Position numbers and translations under genes: made by a program. The notes below the pieces were generated by a model. The model had not been told where the DNA came from, searched no databases, and saw only the letters and a list, made by a program, of their open reading frames with translations. A stretch of 64,000 nucleotides of DNA, taken from Fidelibacterota bacterium. Lineage in GTDB: Bacteria; Fidelibacterota; Marinisomatia; Marinisomatales; TCS55. Shown here in pieces: positions 24,416 to 34,156 of the stretch (position 1 is the first letter of the stretch; the number at the start of each line of letters is the position of its first letter). The DNA is taken from positions 688-64,687 of the forward strand of contig JAYZHP010000081.1 of the NCBI GenBank assembly GCA_036166415.1, given 5' to 3'.

Positions 24416-24669
24416 AGGTTTCCAATTTACTACATGTTAAGTAGAAGGCTATTTGATAAATTAAAATATCCAATTATATACATATAAATTATAAACTACG
24501 AGTACAAAGACAATGGCATACATTATAAAAATAAACATAAGCACCCATTTGCTTGATAGCTTTTTACTTTCTTTCTTAGGCAAAATTAATGAAAATATCC
24601 TTGTCACTTTGGTCTTATTTTGAATATCTAATACGTTTTAAATTTATTTATAATTTTATGTAATAAAAA

Positions 24670-25914
24670 ATGCATCCGTTAAGAAAATTAATAATAGATG
24701 AAGAGCTGCTAGGCTCAATTGCAAAACAGTATGGAACTCCATTATACGTCTATAGTCAGGAGCGAATTGAGGATAATGTTTCTAATTTAAATAATGCGCT
24801 ATCTGCTAATTTTGAAAAATTTCATATTTGCTATGCAATCAAATCAAATAGCAATCCCCATTTGATTCGAACTATGCGCAATACATTTGGAAAAATTGGA
24901 GGTGACTGCTCTAGCCCTGGAGAAATCTATGCCGCTGAACTTTCTGGAATTGATCCTTCAGAATGTATCTATACCGGAAACTATGAATCAGAGGCTGATT
25001 TAATTGAGGCGACTCAAAAAGGGTGTAATATTAACTTGGATGATATCACTTCTCTTGAAAGGCTAAATAAAATCGGCCTTCCAGATCGAATATCTTTTAG
25101 AATGAATCCTGGTTTTGGAGGTGGATCATATTCAGGTATTATTACTGGGGGTAGGGATGCAAAGTTTGGTATTCCTTCTGAAAAAATTATCGACGCATAT
25201 AGACAAGCGCAAAATATGGGTATTAAGCGATTTGGCCTACAGTGTATGTGTGGATCAGGAAATCTAGATGAAAAGTTTTTTACTGAAGTTTTATCTGCCA
25301 TTATTGAACATGCCAAGAAAATTGAATCGTCCCTTAATATTAAGTTTGATTTCATTAGTATGGGTGGTGGTTTTGGGATTCCTTATCAAGATGATCAAAA
25401 ACCATTAGACTTTGATCAAATGTTTTCCTCTCTTTCAAAAATATTCTATTCAGCTTATCCAGATAAAGCTACAGCTCCATCCCTATGGCTAGAACCAGGA
25501 AAGTCAATTATTGCTGATGCTGGTTTTATTATTACAAAAGTAACAGGATTAAAAAATAGCTATAAAAATTTTGTTGGAATAGATGCCGGTATGGAAACGC
25601 TAATGCGCCCGGCATTATATGGTGCGCAACATCGTATATTTAAGGTTGGTAATCATGGAGATAATGAAAATACGGTTGACTTTACTGGTCAGATATGTGA
25701 AAATACAGACCGAATAGCTACTGATCGAGAATTTCCAAAGTTAAATGAAGGTGATCTTATTGCAATCATGGATACAGGAGCATACGGCTATTCTATGTCG
25801 CATAATTTCAATACCAGACCAAGAGCTGCTGAGGTTTTGTTGAATAATTCGAGCCATAAGCTTATCCGAAAAAGAGAAACAATTAACGATATTTTTTCAC
25901 ACTGCGATGTATAA
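24670..25914 (+). CDS. lysA: diaminopimelate decarboxylase family (fold-III PLP decarboxylase)
   Basis: Contains YAIKSNSNP (PLP Lys), GGGFGIPY, EPGKSIIADAG, CENTD and DTGAYGYSMSHNFNTRPRAAEV. Confidence 0.8.
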   Translation: MHPLRKLIIDEELLGSIAKQYGTPLYVYSQERIEDNVSNLNNALSANFEKFHICYAIKSNSNPHLIRTMRNTFGKIGGDCSSPGEIYAAELSGIDPSECIYTGNYESEADLIEATQKGCNINLDDITSLERLNKIGLPDRISFRMNPGFGGGSYSGIITGGRDAKFGIPSEKIIDAYRQAQNMGIKRFGLQCMCGSGNLDEKFFTEVLSAIIEHAKKIESSLNIKFDFISMGGGFGIPYQDDQKPLDFDQMFSSLSKIFYSAYPDKATAPSLWLEPGKSIIADAGFIITKVTGLKNSYKNFVGIDAGMETLMRPALYGAQHRIFKVGNHGDNENTVDFTGQICENTDRIATDREFPKLNEGDLIAIMDTGAYGYSMSHNFNTRPRAAEVLLNNSSHKLIRKRETINDIFSHCDV

Positions 25915-28342
25915 TAGATTCATATTTGTATTACTCTTTTCAGTTGCGTTAAGTCAGCAGGCGTATAAAAGTGTCCATCAAGTTGAATTGGAATACAATA
26001 ATGAAAATTTCATCGAGCCTTTCTATAAAACCTATACCGATCCAGCAGATCCCTTATCAAAGACAAAGAAAAAAATAACAAGAAAAGTATTTGGCTATCA
26101 TCCTTATTGGCAAGGAACGAAATGGCAAAATTATAATTACGATCTTCTTTCAACAATCGCGTACTTTTCAGCGGAGGCAAATGAGAATGGCGAACTAACT
26201 GATCTACATGGATGGCCAGCAATAGACCTAATCAATAAAGCTCATGAAAACGGTGTTGAAGTTGTCTTAACTGTTACTCTCTTTTCTAAAACAAAACTCG
26301 AAACATTACTTGGAAGTAGTGAAAATCAAAATCGATTGATTGATAATTTAAAATACGAAGTGGATCGTGCTGGTGCCGATGGAATAAATATCGATTTTGA
26401 ATCTTTTCCCGAATCACAAAAGTCTAACTTAATTACTTTTGTGAAAAATCTACGGACTTCCTTGCGAAGCTCTAATCCCAATGCACAGGTAACCCTTGCA
26501 ACACCTGCTGTCGATTGGAATAATGCTTGGGATTTTAATTCATTGGCAAGCGAAAGTGATGGATTATTTGTGATGGGATATGATTATCACTGGAAAGGCA
26601 GCACGCTTACCGGTCCCGTTGCTCCTCTTACAGGAGGCTCATATAATATCACAAATACAATTAATACCTATCTATCAGTTACTAACAACAATGTAAACAA
26701 AATAATACTTGGGAACCCTTATTATGGATATGAATGGCCATCTTCTTCTGGTGAAAAAGGAGCAAATACCACTGGGACTGGATCAGCCGTAGTTTTTTCT
26801 ACCGCAGAAGCTAAAGCGCTATCTTATGGTAAAAAATGGGATAACGACTCTCAAACGCCTTGGTATAGATATCAAAACCCCGATTGGTTTCAAACATGGT
26901 ATGATGATAGTCTTTCCTTATCAAAAAAATATGATTTTGTTATCTCAAAAAATCTTGGGGGAATTGGAATTTGGGCATTGGGTTATGATGATGGGTATGA
27001 TGAGTTATGGGATGCTCTCGGAGAAAAAATTGGCGTTAAGTCCGCCCCTTCAACCCCTGAAGATTTTTCTATATTAAATTTGGGTAGCGGAATTGTAAAT
27101 ATCAATTTGACAAATGATGATGCGGTTACAGAATACGAAGTTGTAGAAGTAATTTCTAATACAAATGAGAATCGTACAGTTGGGAAATTTTTAAAAAGCC
27201 CTATCCTAATTCAAGGCCTTACAGATAATACAGCCTACTATTATAAAGTAAGAGCAATCAATGAATTTGGTACAAGTGAATTTACAGAGCTGCTAGGCAC
27301 CACCCCTTCACCTTCAGGATCAAAAGCTTTAATCATTAATGGCTTTGATAGAATTTCTGGAACAACCAATTCGTTTGACTTTATCTTAGAGCATGGAAAT
27401 GCCATTTATATAAATGGCTATACCTTTGATTCTGCATCCAATGAATCTGTGATTAATGGTCTTGTCAATCTAAACGATTATGCAATTGTTGATTGGATTC
27501 TAGGTGAAGAAGGGGCTGCTACATCTTCTTTTGATGAAAAAGAAAAAATGATTGTACAGGACTATATTGTAAATGGAGGTCGCCTGTTTGTTTCGGGTTC
27601 AGAAATTGGATACGATCTAGTGGAAAAAGGAACGTTATCTGATAATAATTTTTATGAAAAAATCCTTAAATCACAGTATATAAGTGATGCAGCCGGAGAA
27701 ACAAATGGAACGTATAGCGTTGAAGGCGTTCCTAATTCATTATTTGATGGCTATTCATTCAATTTTGATAATGGAGATTTCGGAAACTATAATGTGGATT
27801 GGCCTGATGGCATTAAACCGATAGGTGACGCAGTCACCATTCTCAAATATAAAGATGTTGATTATGAGACCAAAGGTGGTGCAGGTATTGCATTTAGAGG
27901 AAATTTTTTAAATAGCAGAATACCTGGGGGTCTGGTCTATCTATCGATCGGCTTTGAAGCAATCTACCCTGAGCAAATACGGGTAGATGTAATGGGACAG
28001 ATTCTTCAATATCTAGATGCACCTATTACTTCAATTGATGAGGATTATCCAGTAGTCCCAGATGGCTTAAATATAACTGCATTATATCCAAATCCTTCAA
28101 ATAGCTCTATTTCTATTGAGTTTCAGGTGCGTGAATTATCACCAATTGCATATCTCACTATAACAGATTTAATGGGTCGGGAGGTATTTAAAATGTCTGC
28201 GCTGTCACTTCCCGCAAGAATTCAGCGATTTAATTGGAATGGATTGATGAGAGATGGCAATAAAGCTCCATCAGGCATCTATATGGTTTCCCTTTCACAG
28301 GGAAAGGAAATCGTTAACAAAAAATTCACGTTATTAAAATAA
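25907..28342 (+). CDS. secreted GH18-family hydrolase with FN3 domain, an unassigned alpha/beta domain and a T9SS C-terminal sorting domain
   Basis: It has a signal peptide and the GH18 catalytic motif DGINIDFE (aa 158-165). An FN3-like segment spans aa ~380-467. The C-terminal ALYPNPSNSSISIEF...GIYMVSL...KFTLLK is a typical type-A T9SS CTD. Confidence 0.8.
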   Translation: MYNRFIFVLLFSVALSQQAYKSVHQVELEYNNENFIEPFYKTYTDPADPLSKTKKKITRKVFGYHPYWQGTKWQNYNYDLLSTIAYFSAEANENGELTDLHGWPAIDLINKAHENGVEVVLTVTLFSKTKLETLLGSSENQNRLIDNLKYEVDRAGADGINIDFESFPESQKSNLITFVKNLRTSLRSSNPNAQVTLATPAVDWNNAWDFNSLASESDGLFVMGYDYHWKGSTLTGPVAPLTGGSYNITNTINTYLSVTNNNVNKIILGNPYYGYEWPSSSGEKGANTTGTGSAVVFSTAEAKALSYGKKWDNDSQTPWYRYQNPDWFQTWYDDSLSLSKKYDFVISKNLGGIGIWALGYDDGYDELWDALGEKIGVKSAPSTPEDFSILNLGSGIVNINLTNDDAVTEYEVVEVISNTNENRTVGKFLKSPILIQGLTDNTAYYYKVRAINEFGTSEFTELLGTTPSPSGSKALIINGFDRISGTTNSFDFILEHGNAIYINGYTFDSASNESVINGLVNLNDYAIVDWILGEEGAATSSFDEKEKMIVQDYIVNGGRLFVSGSEIGYDLVEKGTLSDNNFYEKILKSQYISDAAGETNGTYSVEGVPNSLFDGYSFNFDNGDFGNYNVDWPDGIKPIGDAVTILKYKDVDYETKGGAGIAFRGNFLNSRIPGGLVYLSIGFEAIYPEQIRVDVMGQILQYLDAPITSIDEDYPVVPDGLNITALYPNPSNSSISIEFQVRELSPIAYLTITDLMGREVFKMSALSLPARIQRFNWNGLMRDGNKAPSGIYMVSLSQGKEIVNKKFTLLK

Positions 28343-29611
28343 ATGAAGCGAATCTTTTTTATTTTTCTAGCTCTTATTGTTAGTTGCTCTCAACAAACAA
28401 AATCAATTCACCAGGTTGAGCTAGAATCAAAAAAAGATGATCCTAGAATTAATTTATCAAAAATACAGGTTGGATTAGATGTGCTTCTCAATGAAAGAAT
28501 TGATTTAATCAAAAATAAATCTATCGGATTAGTAACAAATCACTCAGGTGTAGATGCGGCTGGTACCCCAAATTACGAACGCCTGATGAATCAAAAAGAT
28601 GTCAGTATTAAAATAATATTTTCTCCTGAACATGGCCTATTTGGTGAAGCTGCTGCTGGTGAAAAAATTAATTATGACGGACAAGTTAAATCCCTTCCTG
28701 AAGTTGTCAGTCTATATGGAAGTAATCGCAAACCTACTGAAGGGCAAATGAAGGGTTTGGATATTATTCTCTATGATATTCAGGATGTTGGAGCACGATT
28801 CTATACCTATATTACTACATTGGGATTGGTTATGGAAAGCGCATCAAATGCTGGCGTGGAAGTGATTGTTCTTGATAGGCCAAACCCAATTACGGGGGAA
28901 TCCATTGAAGGTCCTATTCTTGATTTAAAGTTTCAAACTTTCGTAGGATATTATCCTATCCCAATCCGTTATGGATTAACGGTTGGTGAGTTAGCATATA
29001 TGATCAATGGTGAAGAATGGATTGAAAATCAACCAAAACTTCAAGTGATAAAGATGAAGGGCTGGAAAAGAAATCTCTGGTACGATGAAACAACTCTACC
29101 ATGGGTCAAGCCATCGCCAAATATTCCTGATATAAATACTGCTATTATTTACCCTGGAATGTGCTTGCTTGAAGCTACTAATGTCAGCGAAGGAAGAGGA
29201 ACAGAAAAGCCATTTAAGCGGTTTGGTGCACCATGGATAAACAAACAAGATTTAACCATAGAATTAAACAAGCTTAATTTGCCTGGCGTTGTTTTTAAGC
29301 CAGTTAGATTCATACCTAGCCCAATCAAAGGAATGGCAAATAATCCTAAATATAAAAACCAGGTATGTCATGGTGCAGAGATTATAATAACAGACCGTAA
29401 TAAGTACAAAAGCATTGCAACAGGCATGGAAATAATTAATATGATTAAAGAAAAATATCCAAATCAGTTTAAACTAAAGAATTCTGGGATTAATCGTTTA
29501 TGGGGAAATGCTGAATTTTCTGAACAAATTGCTTCTGACAATACGAATCAATTTAATATACCAATTGAAAAATATAAGAATACTTCAAGGCAATACTGGA
29601 TTTATGAATAA
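28343..29611 (+). CDS. namZ: DUF1343 / NamZ-like exo-beta-N-acetylmuramidase lipoprotein
   Basis: Lipobox IVSC. The IGLVTNHSGVD, DIQDVGARFYTYI, VLDRPNP and EGRGT blocks are characteristic of DUF1343. Confidence 0.75.
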   Translation: MKRIFFIFLALIVSCSQQTKSIHQVELESKKDDPRINLSKIQVGLDVLLNERIDLIKNKSIGLVTNHSGVDAAGTPNYERLMNQKDVSIKIIFSPEHGLFGEAAAGEKINYDGQVKSLPEVVSLYGSNRKPTEGQMKGLDIILYDIQDVGARFYTYITTLGLVMESASNAGVEVIVLDRPNPITGESIEGPILDLKFQTFVGYYPIPIRYGLTVGELAYMINGEEWIENQPKLQVIKMKGWKRNLWYDETTLPWVKPSPNIPDINTAIIYPGMCLLEATNVSEGRGTEKPFKRFGAPWINKQDLTIELNKLNLPGVVFKPVRFIPSPIKGMANNPKYKNQVCHGAEIIITDRNKYKSIATGMEIINMIKEKYPNQFKLKNSGINRLWGNAEFSEQIASDNTNQFNIPIEKYKNTSRQYWIYE

Positions 29612-31001
29612 AAAGCTAGCTATGATTATAGCTCTAGTGCTTTGTAGCTGCTATGCGCCTCCACAGGTCTATAAATCCAGCGGTTTCCCCTCTATAAGAA
29701 ATTCTATAAATGAATTAATCGATACTTCTAAATTGGAAACAAATATTGGAATAAAAGCTGTTGATCTTAATTCCGGTAAAACAATTTTTGAATTGAATAG
29801 TAATTCCCTATTTAATCCTGCTAGTAATAATAAACTATACACATCTCTTTCAGCGATATCAATTCTAGATACTAGCTACACTTTTAAGACATCTATTTAT
29901 AAAGATGAAAATAAAATCTACCTAGTTGGTGGTGGTGATCCTGACTTTGCATTAACAGAGCTTGACTCATTGGCTAGTATCGTAGCAAAACAATATCCCT
30001 CAATAAACGAGTTAATTCTAGATGATACAATTATGGATTCACTTACATACGGCCCCGGTTGGATGTGGGATGAAGGCGATGAATGGTATTCCGCGCATAT
30101 TAGTGCACTTTCCGTTAATGATAATTGCATTGATTTCATAATCAATCCAAGCACAACCGGTAATCTTATCAATTTAGAAACATATCCCAAATCAAACTAT
30201 TATACTATTATTAATCAGGCTTATACAGTAAATGATACAGCAAATTTTGAAAAGCTAAAAATAACTCGTGATTGGAAAAATAATAAAAATTCATTTTTAA
30301 TAACTGGAAGTGTAATAGATACAGCATCAACAGATACCATTATTAGAAATATAGATGAACCAACCAACTATACTGGATATCTGTTCCGAGAAATGTTACT
30401 AAAAAATGGGGTGAAAATAAAAAAACTATATAAAGGTATCTATCTTAATTCAGGAGTAGAAATTGCAACGCATTACTCAAAATCCCTACCCTCAATCCTT
30501 GAGAATCTTATGGTTGAAAGTGATAACCTTACTGCAGAATTACTAGTAAAAACAATAGGCTATGAATCAAATGGAAGCCAAGGAAATTGGCAAAATGGAT
30601 TGCATGCGATAAAGGTTTTCTTGAATGATAAAACAAATTTGGATACGACTAGTTTTTCCATTAGCGATGGATCTGGCGTATCAAGATATAATTACTCAAG
30701 TGCAAATAATTTTACCTCATTATTAAGCTGGGCGTATCATCAGCCAGAAATCAGAAATAAGCTATTAAATATTTTGTCGTTCACTGGTGAAAATGGAACC
30801 TTGATTGATAGAAATTTACCGAATGGTATTTATGCTAAGACGGGTTCATTATCTGGAGTTACAACTTTCTCTGGTTATATATTGAACTCAGATAACAAGC
30901 CAATAGCATTTTCTATATTAATGAATGGATATAAAGGATCATCTGCCCCATTCCGTGAACTGCAAGACAAGATTGTAAGTCAGCTAGCAGGAATAAAATG
31001 A
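29604..31001 (+). CDS. dacB: D-alanyl-D-alanine carboxypeptidase/endopeptidase (PBP4, S13)
   Basis: Contains SxxK (ASNNK), SDN (VESDN) and KTG (AKTGSL). I place the start at MNKKLAMIIALVLCSC (a lipoprotein signal), which overlaps the namZ stop. The ORF-track start at 29508 adds a non-signal extension. Confidence 0.85.
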   Translation: MNKKLAMIIALVLCSCYAPPQVYKSSGFPSIRNSINELIDTSKLETNIGIKAVDLNSGKTIFELNSNSLFNPASNNKLYTSLSAISILDTSYTFKTSIYKDENKIYLVGGGDPDFALTELDSLASIVAKQYPSINELILDDTIMDSLTYGPGWMWDEGDEWYSAHISALSVNDNCIDFIINPSTTGNLINLETYPKSNYYTIINQAYTVNDTANFEKLKITRDWKNNKNSFLITGSVIDTASTDTIIRNIDEPTNYTGYLFREMLLKNGVKIKKLYKGIYLNSGVEIATHYSKSLPSILENLMVESDNLTAELLVKTIGYESNGSQGNWQNGLHAIKVFLNDKTNLDTTSFSISDGSGVSRYNYSSANNFTSLLSWAYHQPEIRNKLLNILSFTGENGTLIDRNLPNGIYAKTGSLSGVTTFSGYILNSDNKPIAFSILMNGYKGSSAPFRELQDKIVSQLAGIK

Positions 31002-31906
31002 TTCGCAATAATTTATATCTGACGATCTTCTTATTATTGATAAGCTGCTCTCCTAGTCCTATTGAAAATCCATATATTATCGTTCTGGGCACCACTCAAG
31101 ATGGAGGAGCTCCCCAAGCGGGATGTAATAAGAAGTGTTGTATTAATAGATGGTCAAATCCAAAAAAAGAATTTTTTGTTACCTCTCTTGGTATCGTTGA
31201 CCCTAATTCAAATGAGGCTTGGATGATTGAGGCTACGCCCGACTTTCCACGCCAGCATAACCAACTTACAACAGAAAATAAGATCAAAGGGATATTTATC
31301 ACCCATGCACACATAGGGCACTATTCAGGATTGATGCACTTAGGGAGGGAAACAATGGGATATAAAAATATGCCATTATATACAGCACCCAAAATGACGA
31401 AATATCTACAAACCAATGGTCCATGGAGCCAGTTAATTGATCTAAATAACGTTAAAATAAATAAATTAAAAGAGAATAAGGAAATTATTCTAAATAAAAG
31501 ACTTACAATCAAGCCATTTAAAGTGCCTCATCGAGATGAATTTTCCGAAACGGTTGGATTCCAAATCAATGGACCTAGCAAATCATTAATTTTTATCCCA
31601 GATATCGATAAATGGAATAAATGGGATATCGATGTTTTGGGAACGATTAAAGAGAATGATTATGCCTTGCTTGATGGAACCTTTTATAATGAAGGTGAAT
31701 TGCCGGGCAGAAATATGTCTGAAATTCCTCATCCATTTATTATTGAATCAATTGAATACTTCAAAGAAATCAAAGATCGGGTTGATATAAATTTTATTCA
31801 TTTTAATCATACCAATCCTTTGCTTGACCCTGCTGCTGATAAACGGAAAAAATTAAAGGAACAAGGTTATGGAGCGACAACCATCAATCAACGATTTGAA
31901 TTATAA
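30998..31906 (+). CDS. MBL-fold metallo-hydrolase lipoprotein, PqqB-like
   Basis: Lipobox LISC. VLGTTQDGGAPQAGCNKKCC resembles the PqqB N-terminus, and THAHIGHYSG is the HxHxxH metal motif. Confidence 0.6.
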   Translation: MIRNNLYLTIFLLLISCSPSPIENPYIIVLGTTQDGGAPQAGCNKKCCINRWSNPKKEFFVTSLGIVDPNSNEAWMIEATPDFPRQHNQLTTENKIKGIFITHAHIGHYSGLMHLGRETMGYKNMPLYTAPKMTKYLQTNGPWSQLIDLNNVKINKLKENKEIILNKRLTIKPFKVPHRDEFSETVGFQINGPSKSLIFIPDIDKWNKWDIDVLGTIKENDYALLDGTFYNEGELPGRNMSEIPHPFIIESIEYFKEIKDRVDINFIHFNHTNPLLDPAADKRKKLKEQGYGATTINQRFEL

Positions 31907-33294
31907 ATAAATTTAATTATTGAATCTGTTAGTAGAGTTATTGCGATATTCAAAATTACTGCTGCACCGATAAACGTAGTCCAAGCAAATCCACAATATT
32001 TTAGTAAAAACACAATAAGCAAACTTGATAACAATCCAGAAATAAGACTAATTGATGAAAAATCTCTTTTCATCTTGCTTAACAAAAACAATCCCAATAA
32101 GGCACCATATGTAAAGGATGCAATTTGAAGCCCAACAACAACGATTGCAGTATTGCTTTCATTAAAAACTAATGCTATCATAATTAAAATGGCACCCCAT
32201 ACCAGACTAACTAAACGTGAAGTTTTAATACTCTGTTTATTTCTGAACCAATCTGTAATCGTAGAAGAAGCTAAGGAATTCACTGAAGAGCTTAGGGTTG
32301 ACATTGCGGCAGAAAGAACTCCTGCAAGCAAAAGACCTTTTACCCCTATTGGCAGAAAGTTGACTATAAAATAGGTAAACTCGCGATCCTTTTGAATATC
32401 CATATTATTTGTAACTAAATAAATAAGGGATCCAGCAAATAAGAAAATAGTGAATTGAAATAACACTATAATTCCACTGCCGATCATTGCTTTTTTAGCA
32501 GATTCAATATTCCTTGTGCTTAATACTCGCTGGACCATCATGTGATCTATTCCATGGGAAGAAAAAGATAAGAAAATTCCACCAATAATTGCGCTTAGGA
32601 AAAAGTATGGATCATATAATACATTACCTTCAAGAGTAAAAATTCTTAGTTTATTGAGCGAGGATAGATTCGTAATAATATCAAAAAATGGTAATTCAAG
32701 GTAGTTTATTGCTATTGCAATCGAAACTAATCCACCAAATAGGTAAAGTATAAATTGAATACTATCGATCCATATAACCGTTTTTATTCCTCCTGAAAGC
32801 GTATATATCAATGTTACAACACCAATGATCATGACTGCAAAAAAAAGCGACCACCCAGTGATTACTTGAACAATAACAGCGGTTGCTAAGAATCTTACTC
32901 CATCCGCTAATACTCTGGTGATCAAAAAAATGAGTGAAGCGATTTTTTGAAATACTTCGCCAAATCTTTGCCCTATAACCTCATATATAGATACAATACC
33001 AGCTTGAAAATATTGAGGTAAAAGAAAAATACTAACAAGGATTCTACCTATTATATAGCCAAAACCTAACTGAAGGAAAAACCAATCTCCTCTATAGGCT
33101 AAACCTGGAATGCTAATAAATGTCAGAACAGATGTTTCGGTTGCTACAATCGATAACATCGCAACGGGCCAAGGTAGATTCTTTCCGGCTAAGAAATAAT
33201 CCCCGGATGATCTATTGCTTTTTGCCTGCCAAATCCCATAAATAGAAAACGATAGCAAAAAGAATAATATAACTAGCTGATCTATCCAATGCAA
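31888..33294 (-). CDS. sodium:solute symporter (SSS) family transporter
   Basis: 468-aa polytopic protein with YFLAGKNLPWP and SGGIKTVIWIDSIQ motifs. Confidence 0.8.
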   Translation of the reverse strand: MHWIDQLVILFFLLSFSIYGIWQAKSNRSSGDYFLAGKNLPWPVAMLSIVATETSVLTFISIPGLAYRGDWFFLQLGFGYIIGRILVSIFLLPQYFQAGIVSIYEVIGQRFGEVFQKIASLIFLITRVLADGVRFLATAVIVQVITGWSLFFAVMIIGVVTLIYTLSGGIKTVIWIDSIQFILYLFGGLVSIAIAINYLELPFFDIITNLSSLNKLRIFTLEGNVLYDPYFFLSAIIGGIFLSFSSHGIDHMMVQRVLSTRNIESAKKAMIGSGIIVLFQFTIFLFAGSLIYLVTNNMDIQKDREFTYFIVNFLPIGVKGLLLAGVLSAAMSTLSSSVNSLASSTITDWFRNKQSIKTSRLVSLVWGAILIMIALVFNESNTAIVVVGLQIASFTYGALLGLFLLSKMKRDFSSISLISGLLSSLLIVFLLKYCGFAWTTFIGAAVILNIAITLLTDSIIKFIYNSNR

Positions 33295-33298
33295 AAAT

Positions 33299-34156
33299 TT
33301 AGCTCTCTAAAGGATGAAATGAATAGATCATTACCCCATCAAAACGAGGACCATCCTCATTAAAATAATAATCCATGAAATCCATTCGAACTGTTTTTTT
33401 GAATTCTTGGGATGCATGTATAATATCCTTCTGATCTACAATCATACCTTCATGAGCAATCATCAAACCCAACTTAAAATATGATTCTTTTACAAAAGCG
33501 ACGCCAACAACAGTTGGCAATTTTTTTAATAGCTCAGTTGTAAGCATATCATTTGGTATATAGCTTGCGCTTGTTTTCTTTGACCAATCAAGCTCTAGGA
33601 ATTCATCTCCATTTTGTTTTTGATTCAGCGTAATTGTGCGTTTCTCTAATTGATCGTTCATCAATAAAGAACTAGAAATATCTTGGGTTGAATAATTATC
33701 TTGGATTCGATCGGTAGTAAAATGCCATCTATGCTTATATGAAGGTGTGCTTTCCCCTTCATTATCAGATTTATAGTGGATTTGAATAAGGTTCTCTTTT
33801 GCCTCATTCCAAGATTTACTTTGTACGCTTGCTAAGCCTGTAAGGATATGTACGGTGCAATCCGATACATCTAACCTAAAAATTGGATCTGGATCTGGCT
33901 CAACTTCCTCGCCTAAACAAAACATTTGATATGGTGTTCCAATCTGCCAAACTGAAAAAGCTTTAAGTCTATCGTGAAAGTTGGGAAATTTTTTATGAAA
34001 TTTTGGCAATATTTCAGAAAAATCATTCTCTGATATAGTCCAAGGTTTTGGTAGCGTATTTATCCATTCTTCTTTCGATTCGCAAGCAAATTGGACAACG
34101 CAAAACAGGATTAATGATAAAGAGTGATTTATCTTCAATTTTATTCTCTTTTCCAT
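33299..34156 (-). CDS. DUF1460-like NlpC/P60-type amidase lipoprotein (tentative)
   Basis: Lipobox QFAC. A candidate catalytic Cys lies in LDVSDCTVHILTGLA, with a later HEGMIV...IIHAS block. The gene context is a peptidoglycan cluster. The family call is from memory only. Confidence 0.45.
   Translation of the reverse strand: MEKRIKLKINHSLSLILFCVVQFACESKEEWINTLPKPWTISENDFSEILPKFHKKFPNFHDRLKAFSVWQIGTPYQMFCLGEEVEPDPDPIFRLDVSDCTVHILTGLASVQSKSWNEAKENLIQIHYKSDNEGESTPSYKHRWHFTTDRIQDNYSTQDISSSLLMNDQLEKRTITLNQKQNGDEFLELDWSKKTSASYIPNDMLTTELLKKLPTVVGVAFVKESYFKLGLMIAHEGMIVDQKDIIHASQEFKKTVRMDFMDYYFNEDGPRFDGVMIYSFHPLES

Noticed and set aside
24416-24669. Possible lysine riboswitch or small ORF in the 254-nt region upstream of the LysA-like gene
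   Set aside because: The region is very AT-rich, and I could not find the GC-rich conserved L-box helices. A minus-strand frame encoding a basic-plus-TM peptide (..KKESKKLSSKWVLMFIFIMYAIVFVLVVYNLYVYNWIF) has no ATG before the hydrophobic segment and no ribosome-binding site. I treat the region as a divergent promoter.
25014-25355. 113-aa minus-strand ORF
   Set aside because: It is antisense to the LysA-family gene, whose frame carries all the fold-III decarboxylase motifs.
29508-29603. N-terminal 32-aa extension of the PBP4 ORF in the track
   Set aside because: The extension overlaps the end of the NamZ-like gene by about 100 nt and is not signal-like. The internal MNKKLAMIIALVLCSC start gives a proper lipoprotein signal and a compact overlap.
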